A DNA stretch of 45,707 nt, taken from Candidatus Daviesbacteria bacterium. GTDB taxonomy: Bacteria > Patescibacteriota > Microgenomatia > Daviesbacterales > UBA10151. The notes beneath the pieces are model-generated. The model saw nothing but the letters and a program-made list of their open reading frames with translations, had not been told where the DNA came from and ran no database searches. Made by a program: the position numbers and the translations under genes. Shown in pieces: positions 26,124 to 34,378 of this stretch. The number at the start of each line of letters is the position of its first letter. Within the stretch, counting starts at the first letter, position 1. The DNA lies in the NCBI GenBank assembly GCA_030648645.1, contig JAUSHL010000008.1:1-45707 (forward strand), written 5' to 3'.

Positions 26124-26863
26124 GAAAAGTCGTCAGTCGTCAGTCGTCAGTCGTCAGACTTTTTGTTTCTGTGGTAGTTTTTCTAATAGCTATAACCTAT
26201 AACCTGTCCCCTGTTTTTGCTGCTGGGGCTACGCTTTCTTTATCTCCTGCCACCGGCACCTTTAATCAGGGTTGTAGTTTTTCGATTGATGTTTTACTGG
26301 ATACGGGTGGTATTCCGACCGATGGAACTGATGCAATTTTATTTTATGATCCAACCAGATTTACCGCCACTAAGATAAGAAGTGGCACAATTTATTCTGA
26401 TTACCCCGGAAATACCATTGATGCTCAGGGTGGCAGAATAAGTATTAATGGATTATCTTCCGTGTCTTCTGCTTTTTCCGGTACAGGAGTTTTAGCTTCA
26501 ATTGATTTTACAGTGGCTGTAGCTGCTCCGGCTTCTGTTACTCAAATTAAATTTGATTTTGATCCTAACAATAAGGCTAAAACTACTGATTCCAATGTGG
26601 TAGAAAGAACAACTGTGGCTGATGTTTTAAATCAGGTGAATAATGGTAATTATACAATTGGCACAGGTGTTTGTGGTGCTATTGTTACTCCTATAATTAC
26701 CCAACCAGGAGGTCAGGGAGGTACTGAAATCGTGGTAACAAAAACTCCTCCTCAGGAAGAATTTCCCAAAACTCCTCCAGGTGCATTTGAAGATACTATG
26801 GTAATAATTGGAGTTGGCACAATATTGATAATTTTGGGAATTTTGGGATTAGCTATCCTCTGA
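26120..26863 (+). CDS. cohesin-domain surface protein with signal peptide and C-terminal TM anchor
   Basis: ATLSLSPATGTFNQGCSFSIDVLLDTGG..DAILFYDPTRFTA..GVLASIDFTVAV. C-terminal hydrophobic helix. ATGA overlap with the upstream ORF. Confidence 0.55.
   Translation: MRKVVSRQSSVVRLFVSVVVFLIAITYNLSPVFAAGATLSLSPATGTFNQGCSFSIDVLLDTGGIPTDGTDAILFYDPTRFTATKIRSGTIYSDYPGNTIDAQGGRISINGLSSVSSAFSGTGVLASIDFTVAVAAPASVTQIKFDFDPNNKAKTTDSNVVERTTVADVLNQVNNGNYTIGTGVCGAIVTPIITQPGGQGGTEIVVTKTPPQEEFPKTPPGAFEDTMVIIGVGTILIILGILGLAIL
26129..26157 (+). repeat. heptanucleotide tandem repeat (GTCGTCA)x4 +G within codons 4-13 of the cohesin gene
   Basis: Read directly: gtcgtca at 26129, 26136, 26143 and 26150. Confidence 0.95.
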
Positions 26864-26867
26864 GGAG

Positions 26868-26930
26868 AATTTTAAATTTTAAATTTTTAATTTTAAAATT
26901 GATTTAAAATTTGAATTTTGTTTTTTAAAA
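26868..26930. repeat. family-C AT-rich intergenic repeat
   Basis: AATTTTAAATTTTAAATTTTTAATTTTAAAATTGATTTAAAATTTGAATTTT. Shares long words with 43100-43165 and 7741-7806. Confidence 0.7.
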
Positions 26931-26938
26931 TTATTTCT

Positions 26939-27856
26939 ATGAAGTTATCCTCACTCATTACTGATTTTTTGGAATATTTGGAAGTTGACAGAGAGGCATC
27001 CCAAAAAACTATTCAAAATTATGATCATTACTTAAAGAGATTTTTAGAATTCACCGGTGACATTGATCCCAAAGAAATTGATTTAGTAAAGGTCAGAAAA
27101 TATAGATTATATTTATCCAGATTTACTGACCCCAAAACTAATAAATCTTTAAAAAGAGTAACCCAGAATTATTTTATGATTGCCCTACGGGCGTTCTTGC
27201 GGTATTTAGCAAAACAGGATATTGAAAGTTTATCAGCCGAAAAAATTGAGTTGGGAAAAACAGAGGCCTCTCCAATCAAAACATTGGATGAGGAATCCTT
27301 GCAAAGCTTACTTGATGCTCCGGATATTTTACAAAAATCAGGGCTTCGTGATCGGTCTTTGCTTGAAACTTTATTTTCTACCGGACTTCGGGTAGCAGAA
27401 CTGGCCTCTTTAAATACTGACACAATAAATTTAGACAGAAAGGAATTTTCGGTTGTGGGAAAAGGACAGAAAGAAAGAGTGGTATTCTTATCGGATTCTG
27501 CTATTAAATGGCTTGATCAATATTTAAGGGTTAGGAAAGATTCTTTTAAACCATTATTTATTAGATTTCAGGGAAAAATTGATCCGGCGGATGCCGGGGA
27601 AAAAATGAGGCTCACTCCCCGCTCGATTGAGCGGATTGTGGAAAAATATGTTAAAGGTACAGGACTTTCTGTAAAAGCTACTCCACATACTTTAAGGCAT
27701 TCCTTTGCTACGGACTTACTTATCAATGGAGCAGATATCAGATCAGTGCAGGAGATGTTGGGTCATTCTAATATCTCCACCACTCAAATTTATACTCATA
27801 TTACAAACAAACACCTGAAGGACGTCCACAGATCTTTTCATTCAGGGAATAAATAG
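26939..27856 (+). CDS. tyrosine recombinase (XerC/XerD-like), second paralogue
   Basis: STGLRVAELASL, HTLRHSFAT, MLGHSNISTTQIYTH. The ORF is open from TTG 26918; ATG 26939 is preferred. Confidence 0.85.
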   Translation: MKLSSLITDFLEYLEVDREASQKTIQNYDHYLKRFLEFTGDIDPKEIDLVKVRKYRLYLSRFTDPKTNKSLKRVTQNYFMIALRAFLRYLAKQDIESLSAEKIELGKTEASPIKTLDEESLQSLLDAPDILQKSGLRDRSLLETLFSTGLRVAELASLNTDTINLDRKEFSVVGKGQKERVVFLSDSAIKWLDQYLRVRKDSFKPLFIRFQGKIDPADAGEKMRLTPRSIERIVEKYVKGTGLSVKATPHTLRHSFATDLLINGADIRSVQEMLGHSNISTTQIYTHITNKHLKDVHRSFHSGNK

Positions 27857-27870
27857 TGTTTTTATATCCA

Positions 27871-27895
27871 ATATCCAACCCCCGAGGTTGGATAT
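27871..27895. repeat. REP-like hairpin ATATCCAACC-CCCGA-GGTTGGATAT, 5' flank of the RAYT gene
   Basis: 10-bp stem read directly. The inverted-orientation partner is at 28588-28610. Confidence 0.9.
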
Positions 27896-27922
27896 TATAT
27901 TTTAGTATGCTAGCATAAAAAT

Positions 27923-28576
27923 ATGCCTTATAGAACTACTCCATTGGTAGCAGATAGTTTTTATCATGTTTACAATCGTGGGGTTGAGAAAAGAATAATT
28001 TTTTTAGATGAACGAGATTATCAAAGATTTCTGCAAACTCTTTATTATTATCAATTCACAGGTCCGAAACCTGCCTTTTCAGCACGAGATAAATTTCAAA
28101 TAAAAGATTTTAGTACTAATCCCAAAATTGTTGAAATAATTTGTTATTGTTTAATGCCAAACCATTTTCATCTTTTAATAAAGCAACTTAAAGATAATGG
28201 TATTTCCGAATTTATTGGTAAAGTTATCAATAGTTATACCAAATATTTTAATACTAAACATAAAAGAGTTGGTCCTTTATTACAAGGGACTTTTAAGACA
28301 GTTCTTGTAGATGATAATTTTCAATTTATGCATTTATCCCGTTATATCCACTTAAATCCTTATGTTGATAAATTGGTTGAAAATTTAGAGGTCTATGAAT
28401 ATTCATCTTATCCTCAATTTATTGGTTTAACCACAAATCTTTTATCTGTGCCTCAAGCCATATTAAGTCTATTTAAAGATGGTAATGATTATAAAGAATT
28501 TGTTGTAGGTCATGCAGATTATGCTAGAGAATTAGCACATATTAAACATATACTAATAGAAAATTTCGAGGAGTAA
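27923..28576 (+). CDS. REP-associated tyrosine transposase (RAYT; IS200/IS605-type Y1 HUH transposase family)
   Basis: YHVYNRG N-terminus, HUH motif LMPNHFHLL, catalytic Tyr region SRYIHLNPY. Flanked by inverted REP hairpins. Confidence 0.8.
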   Translation: MPYRTTPLVADSFYHVYNRGVEKRIIFLDERDYQRFLQTLYYYQFTGPKPAFSARDKFQIKDFSTNPKIVEIICYCLMPNHFHLLIKQLKDNGISEFIGKVINSYTKYFNTKHKRVGPLLQGTFKTVLVDDNFQFMHLSRYIHLNPYVDKLVENLEVYEYSSYPQFIGLTTNLLSVPQAILSLFKDGNDYKEFVVGHADYARELAHIKHILIENFEE

Positions 28577-28587
28577 TATATCCAGCC

Positions 28588-28610
28588 TATCCAACCTCGG
28601 GGGTTGGATA
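28588..28610. repeat. REP-like hairpin TATCCAACC-TCGGG-GGTTGGATA, 3' flank of the RAYT gene (opposite orientation)
   Basis: The loop is the reverse complement of the loop at 27871-27895. Confidence 0.9.
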
Positions 28611-28611
28611 T

Positions 28612-28818
28612 TCAGATCAGAGATTTGCCGGCGAAGCCGTAGTACATAAAATCACCAACAAAGCCAAAGATTTGAATTGGCCAAGTGAAAGCTACCATAA
28701 AAAATCCCGGAGAAAAAAGGGACAATGCCGGCCAGTGGTAAAACCAAGCATAAACACAGGCAAAAACTAACCCAAAAATAAAATAAAAAATCACTATTTT
28801 TGAAAACTTTTTTTCCAT
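28612..28818 (-). CDS. small 2-TM membrane protein (68 aa)
   Basis: The ATG at 28818 lies 1 nt after the gyrA stop (TAAAATG). The longer ORF version, up to 28872, overlaps gyrA. Confidence 0.45.
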   Translation of the reverse strand: MEKKFSKIVIFYFIFGLVFACVYAWFYHWPALSLFSPGFFMVAFTWPIQIFGFVGDFMYYGFAGKSLI

Positions 28819-28819
28819 T

Positions 28820-31411
28820 TTAAATTTTTTCTTTTGATGAAACCACCGTTGCTGCTGCGACTTGCTCCCCATCTCTTGTTCTCATTAAAATTACACCTTG
28901 GGTTTGTCTTTGCAGTGTTGGTACATCCTTCAGCGGAATTTTAATAATTTGACCTTTATTGGAAGTCATAACCAAGGTATCATCATCCGGATTGATAATT
29001 TGAGCTGTGACAATTGCACCGGTTTTAGAGGTAACTTGGGCAGCTTTTACTCCACTCCCACCCCGTAATTGTTTTGACCATGCAGTAATTGAGCTTTTTT
29101 TGCCCAAACCATTTGCCATGACTACGAGTAATTGATCAGTTTTTGGATAATTGATTTTATTTGCAGAGATGACAAAATCTTCTTTGCCTAATTTTACTCC
29201 CCTGACTCCTGATGTATCCCGATGGGTTGGCCTAATATCTTTTTCATCAAATTTAATCGATTGTCCCAAGGATGAAACTAAAATAATTTCATCATTGCCT
29301 GTGGTGTTGCAAACCCATCCTAATTCATCACCGGCATCAAGTTTAATAGAAATCAAACCATTTTTTCTGATTGAAGCATATTCTTCAATTGGAGTTTTTT
29401 TGACATTACCATCTTTAGTACACATAAACATAAATTTAGTCACGTCTTTGGCACGGAGTGATAAAACAGCAGTGATTTTTTCGCCTTGTTCAATGTTTAT
29501 TAAATTAACGATTGCCTGTCCTTTGGAAATTTTTGAACTTTCCGGAATTTCCCAAACTTTAAGTTGAAAAGCTCTTCCTTTATTGGTAAAAAATAATAAA
29601 TTATCCAGAGTTTTGGTATAAAACAAATGCGATACAGCATCAGTTTCCTTAGTGGTAATTCCTGACACTCCCTTGCCTCCCCTACCCTGTACTCTAAATG
29701 TTGAAGGTAATTGTCTTTTAATATAGCCACCTTCAGTAATTGTTACAATTGTTGATTCATCAGCCACCAAATCCTCTTCAGAGAACTCCCCTACTTTTGA
29801 TTTATAAACTCTGGTTCTTCGGGCGTCTCCATATTTTTCTTTAATTTTAGTTATTTCATCTTTGATTACACTTAAGATTTTTTCAGGATGTGCAAGCAAG
29901 TCTTCAAGGTAAGTAATTAATTCTCTGACCATTTTTAGCTCATCCTCAATTTTTTGTCTTTCAAGGGCTGCTAAACGTCTCAGTTGCATGTCTAAAATAG
30001 CCTGAGATTGAATCTCAGTTAATTTAAACTTGACCATCAAGTTTTGCTTAGCATCATCTGCATCTTTACTTTTTTTGATGGTTTCAATCACAGCATCAAT
30101 ATTATCCACAGCAATTTTTAATCCTTCTAAAATATGGGCTCTGGCTTTAGCTTCTTTTAATTCGAATTCTGATCTTCTTCTGATAACTATTTGGCGGTGT
30201 GTAATAAATTCTTCTAAAATATGTTTTAAGGTCATTAAGTGTGGTAATACTCCATCTGATAGTGCGACCATGTTGACATTAAAAACAGACTGCATGGCAG
30301 TGTATTTAAATAAATTATTCAATACTGATTGTGGTTTGGAATCTCTTTTTAATTCTACCACCACTCTCATTCCTCTTCTGTCTGATTCATCACGTAAATC
30401 TGTAATTCCTTCGACTTTTTTCTCTTTGTGTAAATCAGCAATTCGGGACACAAGTGTGGCTTTGTTTACCTGAAAAGGAAGTTCAGTGATAATAATACTG
30501 AATTTGCCATTTTTTTCTTCTTCAATTTCAGCTTTAGCTCTCATGACAATTCGACCTTTTCCTGTAGCATAAGCATTCATGATTTCGGCTGAATCATAAA
30601 TAGAACCACCGGTTGGAAAATCAGGACCTTTGATAAATTTCATTAAATCTTCCACACTTGCCTCGCTTTGGAATTTAGTATTTATTTCTACGTCATTGCG
30701 AGAAGTCTTCGACGAAGCAATCTCATTTGTCATTCTGGCTTGACCAGAATCAGATTGCTTCTCCGGCAATTGCCGGATCGCAATGACGGTATGTTGACTA
30801 TCTGATTTGTTCGGATGTTCAATCATATACATCAAAGCATCAGAAAGTTCTCCCAAATTATGAGGCGGAATTTGGGTTGCCATGCCGACAGCAATACCAG
30901 AGGCACCATTTAAAAGTAAATTTGGTATGACAGACGGTAAAACTGTAGGTTCAACTGTGGTACTTGAGTAATTATCAATATAATCAACAGTTTCTTTGTG
31001 GATATCGCGGAGTAGCTCATCAGCAATCGCCGAAAGTCGGGCTTCAGTATAACGCATGGCGGCAGGAGAATCTCCGTCGACTGATCCAAAATTTCCCTGC
31101 CCATCAACCAACATATATCTCATTGAGAAATTTTGAGCCATACGGACCATGGCATCATAAACCGGAATATCACCATGAGGGTGATAGTTTTTTAAAACTT
31201 CTCCAACTACAGCGGCAGATTTTTGATGTCTACTGGTATGATGTAGACCTGATTGGTGCATGGCATAAATAATTCTACGGTGGACTGGCTTTAATCCATC
31301 TCTGACATCAGGTAAAGCTCGGGAGACTATGACAGACATGGCATAGTCCAAGTAACAGCGTTTCATTTCCGGAATAATGGGAGTTAATTCAATCTTGCCA
31401 ATGTTACTCAT
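28820..31411 (-). CDS. gyrA: DNA gyrase subunit A with in-frame repeat insertion
   Basis: [10 protein letters not shown], active-site [15 protein letters not shown], and C-terminal beta-pinwheel repeats. The ATG at 31411 is preceded by an AAGGA SD. Confidence 0.95.
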   Translation of the reverse strand: MSNIGKIELTPIIPEMKRCYLDYAMSVIVSRALPDVRDGLKPVHRRIIYAMHQSGLHHTSRHQKSAAVVGEVLKNYHPHGDIPVYDAMVRMAQNFSMRYMLVDGQGNFGSVDGDSPAAMRYTEARLSAIADELLRDIHKETVDYIDNYSSTTVEPTVLPSVIPNLLLNGASGIAVGMATQIPPHNLGELSDALMYMIEHPNKSDSQHTVIAIRQLPEKQSDSGQARMTNEIASSKTSRNDVEINTKFQSEASVEDLMKFIKGPDFPTGGSIYDSAEIMNAYATGKGRIVMRAKAEIEEEKNGKFSIIITELPFQVNKATLVSRIADLHKEKKVEGITDLRDESDRRGMRVVVELKRDSKPQSVLNNLFKYTAMQSVFNVNMVALSDGVLPHLMTLKHILEEFITHRQIVIRRRSEFELKEAKARAHILEGLKIAVDNIDAVIETIKKSKDADDAKQNLMVKFKLTEIQSQAILDMQLRRLAALERQKIEDELKMVRELITYLEDLLAHPEKILSVIKDEITKIKEKYGDARRTRVYKSKVGEFSEEDLVADESTIVTITEGGYIKRQLPSTFRVQGRGGKGVSGITTKETDAVSHLFYTKTLDNLLFFTNKGRAFQLKVWEIPESSKISKGQAIVNLINIEQGEKITAVLSLRAKDVTKFMFMCTKDGNVKKTPIEEYASIRKNGLISIKLDAGDELGWVCNTTGNDEIILVSSLGQSIKFDEKDIRPTHRDTSGVRGVKLGKEDFVISANKINYPKTDQLLVVMANGLGKKSSITAWSKQLRGGSGVKAAQVTSKTGAIVTAQIINPDDDTLVMTSNKGQIIKIPLKDVPTLQRQTQGVILMRTRDGEQVAAATVVSSKEKI
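30692..30787. repeat. family-A palindromic element (96 nt = 32 codons) in-frame inside gyrA
   Basis: GTCATTGCGAG..GAAGCAATCTC..hairpin ATTCTGG/CCAGAAT..AGATTGCTTC TCCGGCAATTGCCGGA TCGCAATGAC. Translated as [32 protein letters not shown]. Confidence 0.9.
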
Positions 31412-31558
31412 TTTATTGATCCTTTTTGGCAAGTCAAACACTGTGAGATCCTAGTGCTATTGATCGAAAAGTTGTTTATTTTACCGATATTGCTCATAAA
31501 AATAGCCTTTTAAGGCTCATTCATTATATCCTGATTGATCTCAAAAGTGCAAGGTTTT

Positions 31559-31888
31559 TTAAGGCAAGAAAAGCTTACGGGCTGCAAAATTTTCTCCGTC
31601 ATCTCTGACTCTATCCCAGGTAAAAACTCTATTCCCTTCATTTAGACCCCAAAGGCGCATTTTTCCATTTGTTGTACTAAACCAATAAGTAATTGGATGG
31701 TTTATTTCCTGACTTAAATTTTGTATTGCTTTTTTTGCCTGTTGATAAACTGTAGTAATATCGCCGATCTCTTTGTTTGCCTCAGGAATAGAGGTTACCA
31801 AGGTAATTGCATTAAAGGTTTGTAAGTCTATGGTTAAAGTTAGATCCTTATTACCAGCTATAAAATCAATAGTTAGGCTCTCGGTCAT
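31559..31888 (-). CDS. hypothetical protein (109 aa)
   Basis: ORF with an ATG at 31888 (TTG at 31897 is also possible). No motif recognised. Confidence 0.45.
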   Translation of the reverse strand: MTESLTIDFIAGNKDLTLTIDLQTFNAITLVTSIPEANKEIGDITTVYQQAKKAIQNLSQEINHPITYWFSTTNGKMRLWGLNEGNRVFTWDRVRDDGENFAARKLFLP

Positions 31889-31951
31889 ATCCGGCAATTA
31901 TACACTTGCATGAATCATTTTACAAACTATAGGGTTGGAAGTTGGATCAGC

Positions 31952-32029
31952 TTCCCACACTCGGTGTGGGAACACGACACCAAATAATTTCACTTCCTAA
32001 CTTCTTATCTTCCCACTTGTCAAGTGGGA
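31952..32029. repeat. two related hairpins TTCCCACAC-TCG-GTGTGGGAA (31952-31972) and TCCCACTTG-T-CAAGTGGGA (32011-32029)
   Basis: Read directly. They lie in the intergenic region downstream of murD, and no U-run follows on either strand. Confidence 0.8.
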
Positions 32030-32073
32030 GCATAAAGTTTTCATAAGGCTTCTTTTTCTTTTTACTGAAATGT

Positions 32074-33510
32074 TTATCCGAAGATCTTTGCTACAGCTAA
32101 ATTAAATTTTCTACCCCTGTCAAATTCATTTTGGAATAAATTAAAAGATGCAGCTCCGGGGGAAAATAGAATTGTATCCCCTGGTTTTGTAACTGATTTT
32201 ACATCAGTTAACAATTTTTCTAAATCGGAATATGTACCTTGAATTAAAAGGGATTGCTTCTCCTGCTTTTGCCGGATCGCAATGACGTCATTGCGAGGAG
32301 TCTTCGACGAAGCAATCTGCTGTAAACATTTCTTTATTTCATCAGTTGCAGAACCTTCCAAAAAATAAACAGATTTTGCATATTTTTCGATTGCCTGAGC
32401 CAGATCATTGTATGGTAAATCTTTATTAACTCCACCGGTTATCAAAATAGCTCCGGATAGACTTTTAATATTTGCCTGTGCTGCTACAGGTGTGGTGGCA
32501 GCTGTATCGTTATAAATTTTAATTCCATTTTTATCGTAAATTAATTGAAGTCTAAATTCTACTCCCGCAAAATTTTCCAGTGCTTGATACGCACGTTGGG
32601 CGTCCCCCTGCGTGCGTAATATTTCATTGAAAACTGCAAAAGATGCTGCAAAGTTTTCCAGATTATGTTCCCCGGGGATTTTAGGTAAAAAATTTTCCGG
32701 CAAATCAGTTAGTGAATAATAAATAATTTTTCCTTTTAATCCCTTAATAAAATTATCTGAATTTGTAATAATGTCTCCTTTTTTAATAAATAAAAAATCA
32801 TTGTTGTTTTGAAACTTTGCAATAAATCTTTTCGCTTCAGTGTAGTTTTCCATTGTGCCATGATAATTAAGATGGTCCGGATAAATATTAGAAATTACAG
32901 CCCAATGAGGAGAAACATGATGTTCTCCGAAGGCCATCAGTTGAAAAGAAGAAATTTCCAACACAACCAAAGTATTAGTTTTAACATAAGGAATTGTATC
33001 TAAAACACTCTTGCCAATGTTGCCTGCAAAAATTATATCTTTACCACCTGCTTTTAAGGTTTCATAAATCAAAGAAGCTGTGGTTGATTTCCCTTTGGTA
33101 CCTGTAACTCCAATAACTTGCTCAGGTTTTACAAATTGCAAAAAAATTCCCATATCCATTTCCACTTGTTTCCCTTTTTCTCTGGCATATTTTAAATATG
33201 GATTATCAGGTTTTAGTGCAGGGTTTCTGATAATTAAATCAGCCCAATCCAAATCTTCAAACTTATGTTCCCCTAATACATACTCTATTTCAGGAAATTC
33301 TTTAAGTTGATCAAGGGATGGTTTTAAGAATTCTTTATCCTTTAAATCTGTAACTTTAACTTTGGCTCCGAGCTTAGCAAAAAATCTGGTAGCTCCCAGC
33401 CCTCCCTGGTTTATGCCTAAACCCAGTATAAGAACTCGCTTGCCGCGAAATCTTGATTCTTCGCTTCGCTCAGAAATTAAAACCTTCTTTCCGGCAAAAT
33501 TGGTATCCAT
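32074..33510 (-). CDS. murD: UDP-N-acetylmuramoylalanine--D-glutamate ligase with repeat insertions
   Basis: Rossmann N-terminus RVLILGLGINQGG, Mur ligase P-loop GVTGTKGKSTT, and DHLNYHG. Confidence 0.85.
   Translation of the reverse strand: MDTNFAGKKVLISERSEESRFRGKRVLILGLGINQGGLGATRFFAKLGAKVKVTDLKDKEFLKPSLDQLKEFPEIEYVLGEHKFEDLDWADLIIRNPALKPDNPYLKYAREKGKQVEMDMGIFLQFVKPEQVIGVTGTKGKSTTASLIYETLKAGGKDIIFAGNIGKSVLDTIPYVKTNTLVVLEISSFQLMAFGEHHVSPHWAVISNIYPDHLNYHGTMENYTEAKRFIAKFQNNNDFLFIKKGDIITNSDNFIKGLKGKIIYYSLTDLPENFLPKIPGEHNLENFAASFAVFNEILRTQGDAQRAYQALENFAGVEFRLQLIYDKNGIKIYNDTAATTPVAAQANIKSLSGAILITGGVNKDLPYNDLAQAIEKYAKSVYFLEGSATDEIKKCLQQIASSKTPRNDVIAIRQKQEKQSLLIQGTYSDLEKLLTDVKSVTKPGDTILFSPGAASFNLFQNEFDRGRKFNLAVAKIFG
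32252..32317. repeat. family-A element, permuted arm order (66 nt = 22 codons), in-frame inside murD
   Basis: GATTGCTTC..GCCGGATCGCAATGAC|GTCATTGCGAG..GAAGCAATC forms a near-perfect hairpin. Translated as IASSKTPRNDVIAIRQKQEKQS. Confidence 0.9.
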
Positions 33511-33550
33511 CAACTTCTAATTTTAACAGATTGGAAGTATAATTTGGCAA

Positions 33551-34378
33551 ATGAATAAAAATAGCCCAATTGGAATATTTGATTCTGGTGTTGGAGGACT
33601 AACTGTTGTTAAGGAAATTTTACAAGAATTACCTCATGAATCTTTGATTTATTTAGGTGATACAGCCAGAGTACCTTATGGAACTCGTGGTAAAGAAGTA
33701 ATTACTAAATTTGCCTTAGAAATGGCAAATTATCTTCTTAAACATAATGTCAAAATTTTAGTGGTGGCCTGCAACACGATTTCAGCTACATGCTTAAATG
33801 AAATTCAAACTCTCTCTTCTGTTCCAGTTTTAGGGGTGATTGATTCGGCAGTAGATGAAGCACTAAAAGCTACTAAAATAAAACATATTGGAGTTATTGG
33901 AACCAGAGCTACTATAAGTAGCGGAGTTTATGAAGATAAAATTAAAAAAATTGATTCTCAGATTAAAGTTAGCTCTGCCAGTTGTCCTTTGCTTGTACCA
34001 CTAGTTGAAGAAGGTTTTACTTCTTGTTTGGCTACCAAGTTAATAGTTCAGGATTATTTAAATAAACTTCCTCTAAAAGATATTGACCCTGATTCAATCG
34101 GGATTGATACCTTGATATTAGGATGTACGCATTACCCTCTTTTGCAAGATATTATTCAGGATGTTGCGGGGCAAAAAATAACTTTAATTGATTCTGCAAA
34201 ACCTTTAGCCAAAAACTTGAGAAAAATTCTAGAAGAAAAAAATCTTTTAAGAGAAAATAAAAAACCAAATTATGAATTTTATATAACAGATGCTCCAGAA
34301 AGGGCCAAGGAAATTGCAGAAAATTTTTTTGGCAAAAAACTTCCAGGAGAATTCAAAAAAATAGATCTTGAATGTTAA
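33551..34378 (+). CDS. murI: glutamate racemase
   Basis: IGIFDSGVGGLTV, LGDTARVPYG, VVACNTISA, GCTHYP. Confidence 0.95.
   Translation: MNKNSPIGIFDSGVGGLTVVKEILQELPHESLIYLGDTARVPYGTRGKEVITKFALEMANYLLKHNVKILVVACNTISATCLNEIQTLSSVPVLGVIDSAVDEALKATKIKHIGVIGTRATISSGVYEDKIKKIDSQIKVSSASCPLLVPLVEEGFTSCLATKLIVQDYLNKLPLKDIDPDSIGIDTLILGCTHYPLLQDIIQDVAGQKITLIDSAKPLAKNLRKILEEKNLLRENKKPNYEFYITDAPERAKEIAENFFGKKLPGEFKKIDLEC

Noticed and set aside
22914-26863. Diversity-generating retroelement targeting the surface proteins
   Set aside because: There is no reverse transcriptase gene, and I could see no template/variable repeat pair in or near the block.
29151-31272. Plus-strand ORFs 29151..29567, 30030..30473 and 30964..31272, plus small minus-strand nested ORFs
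   Set aside because: These are shadow ORFs antisense to, or out of frame within, the well-supported gyrA gene.
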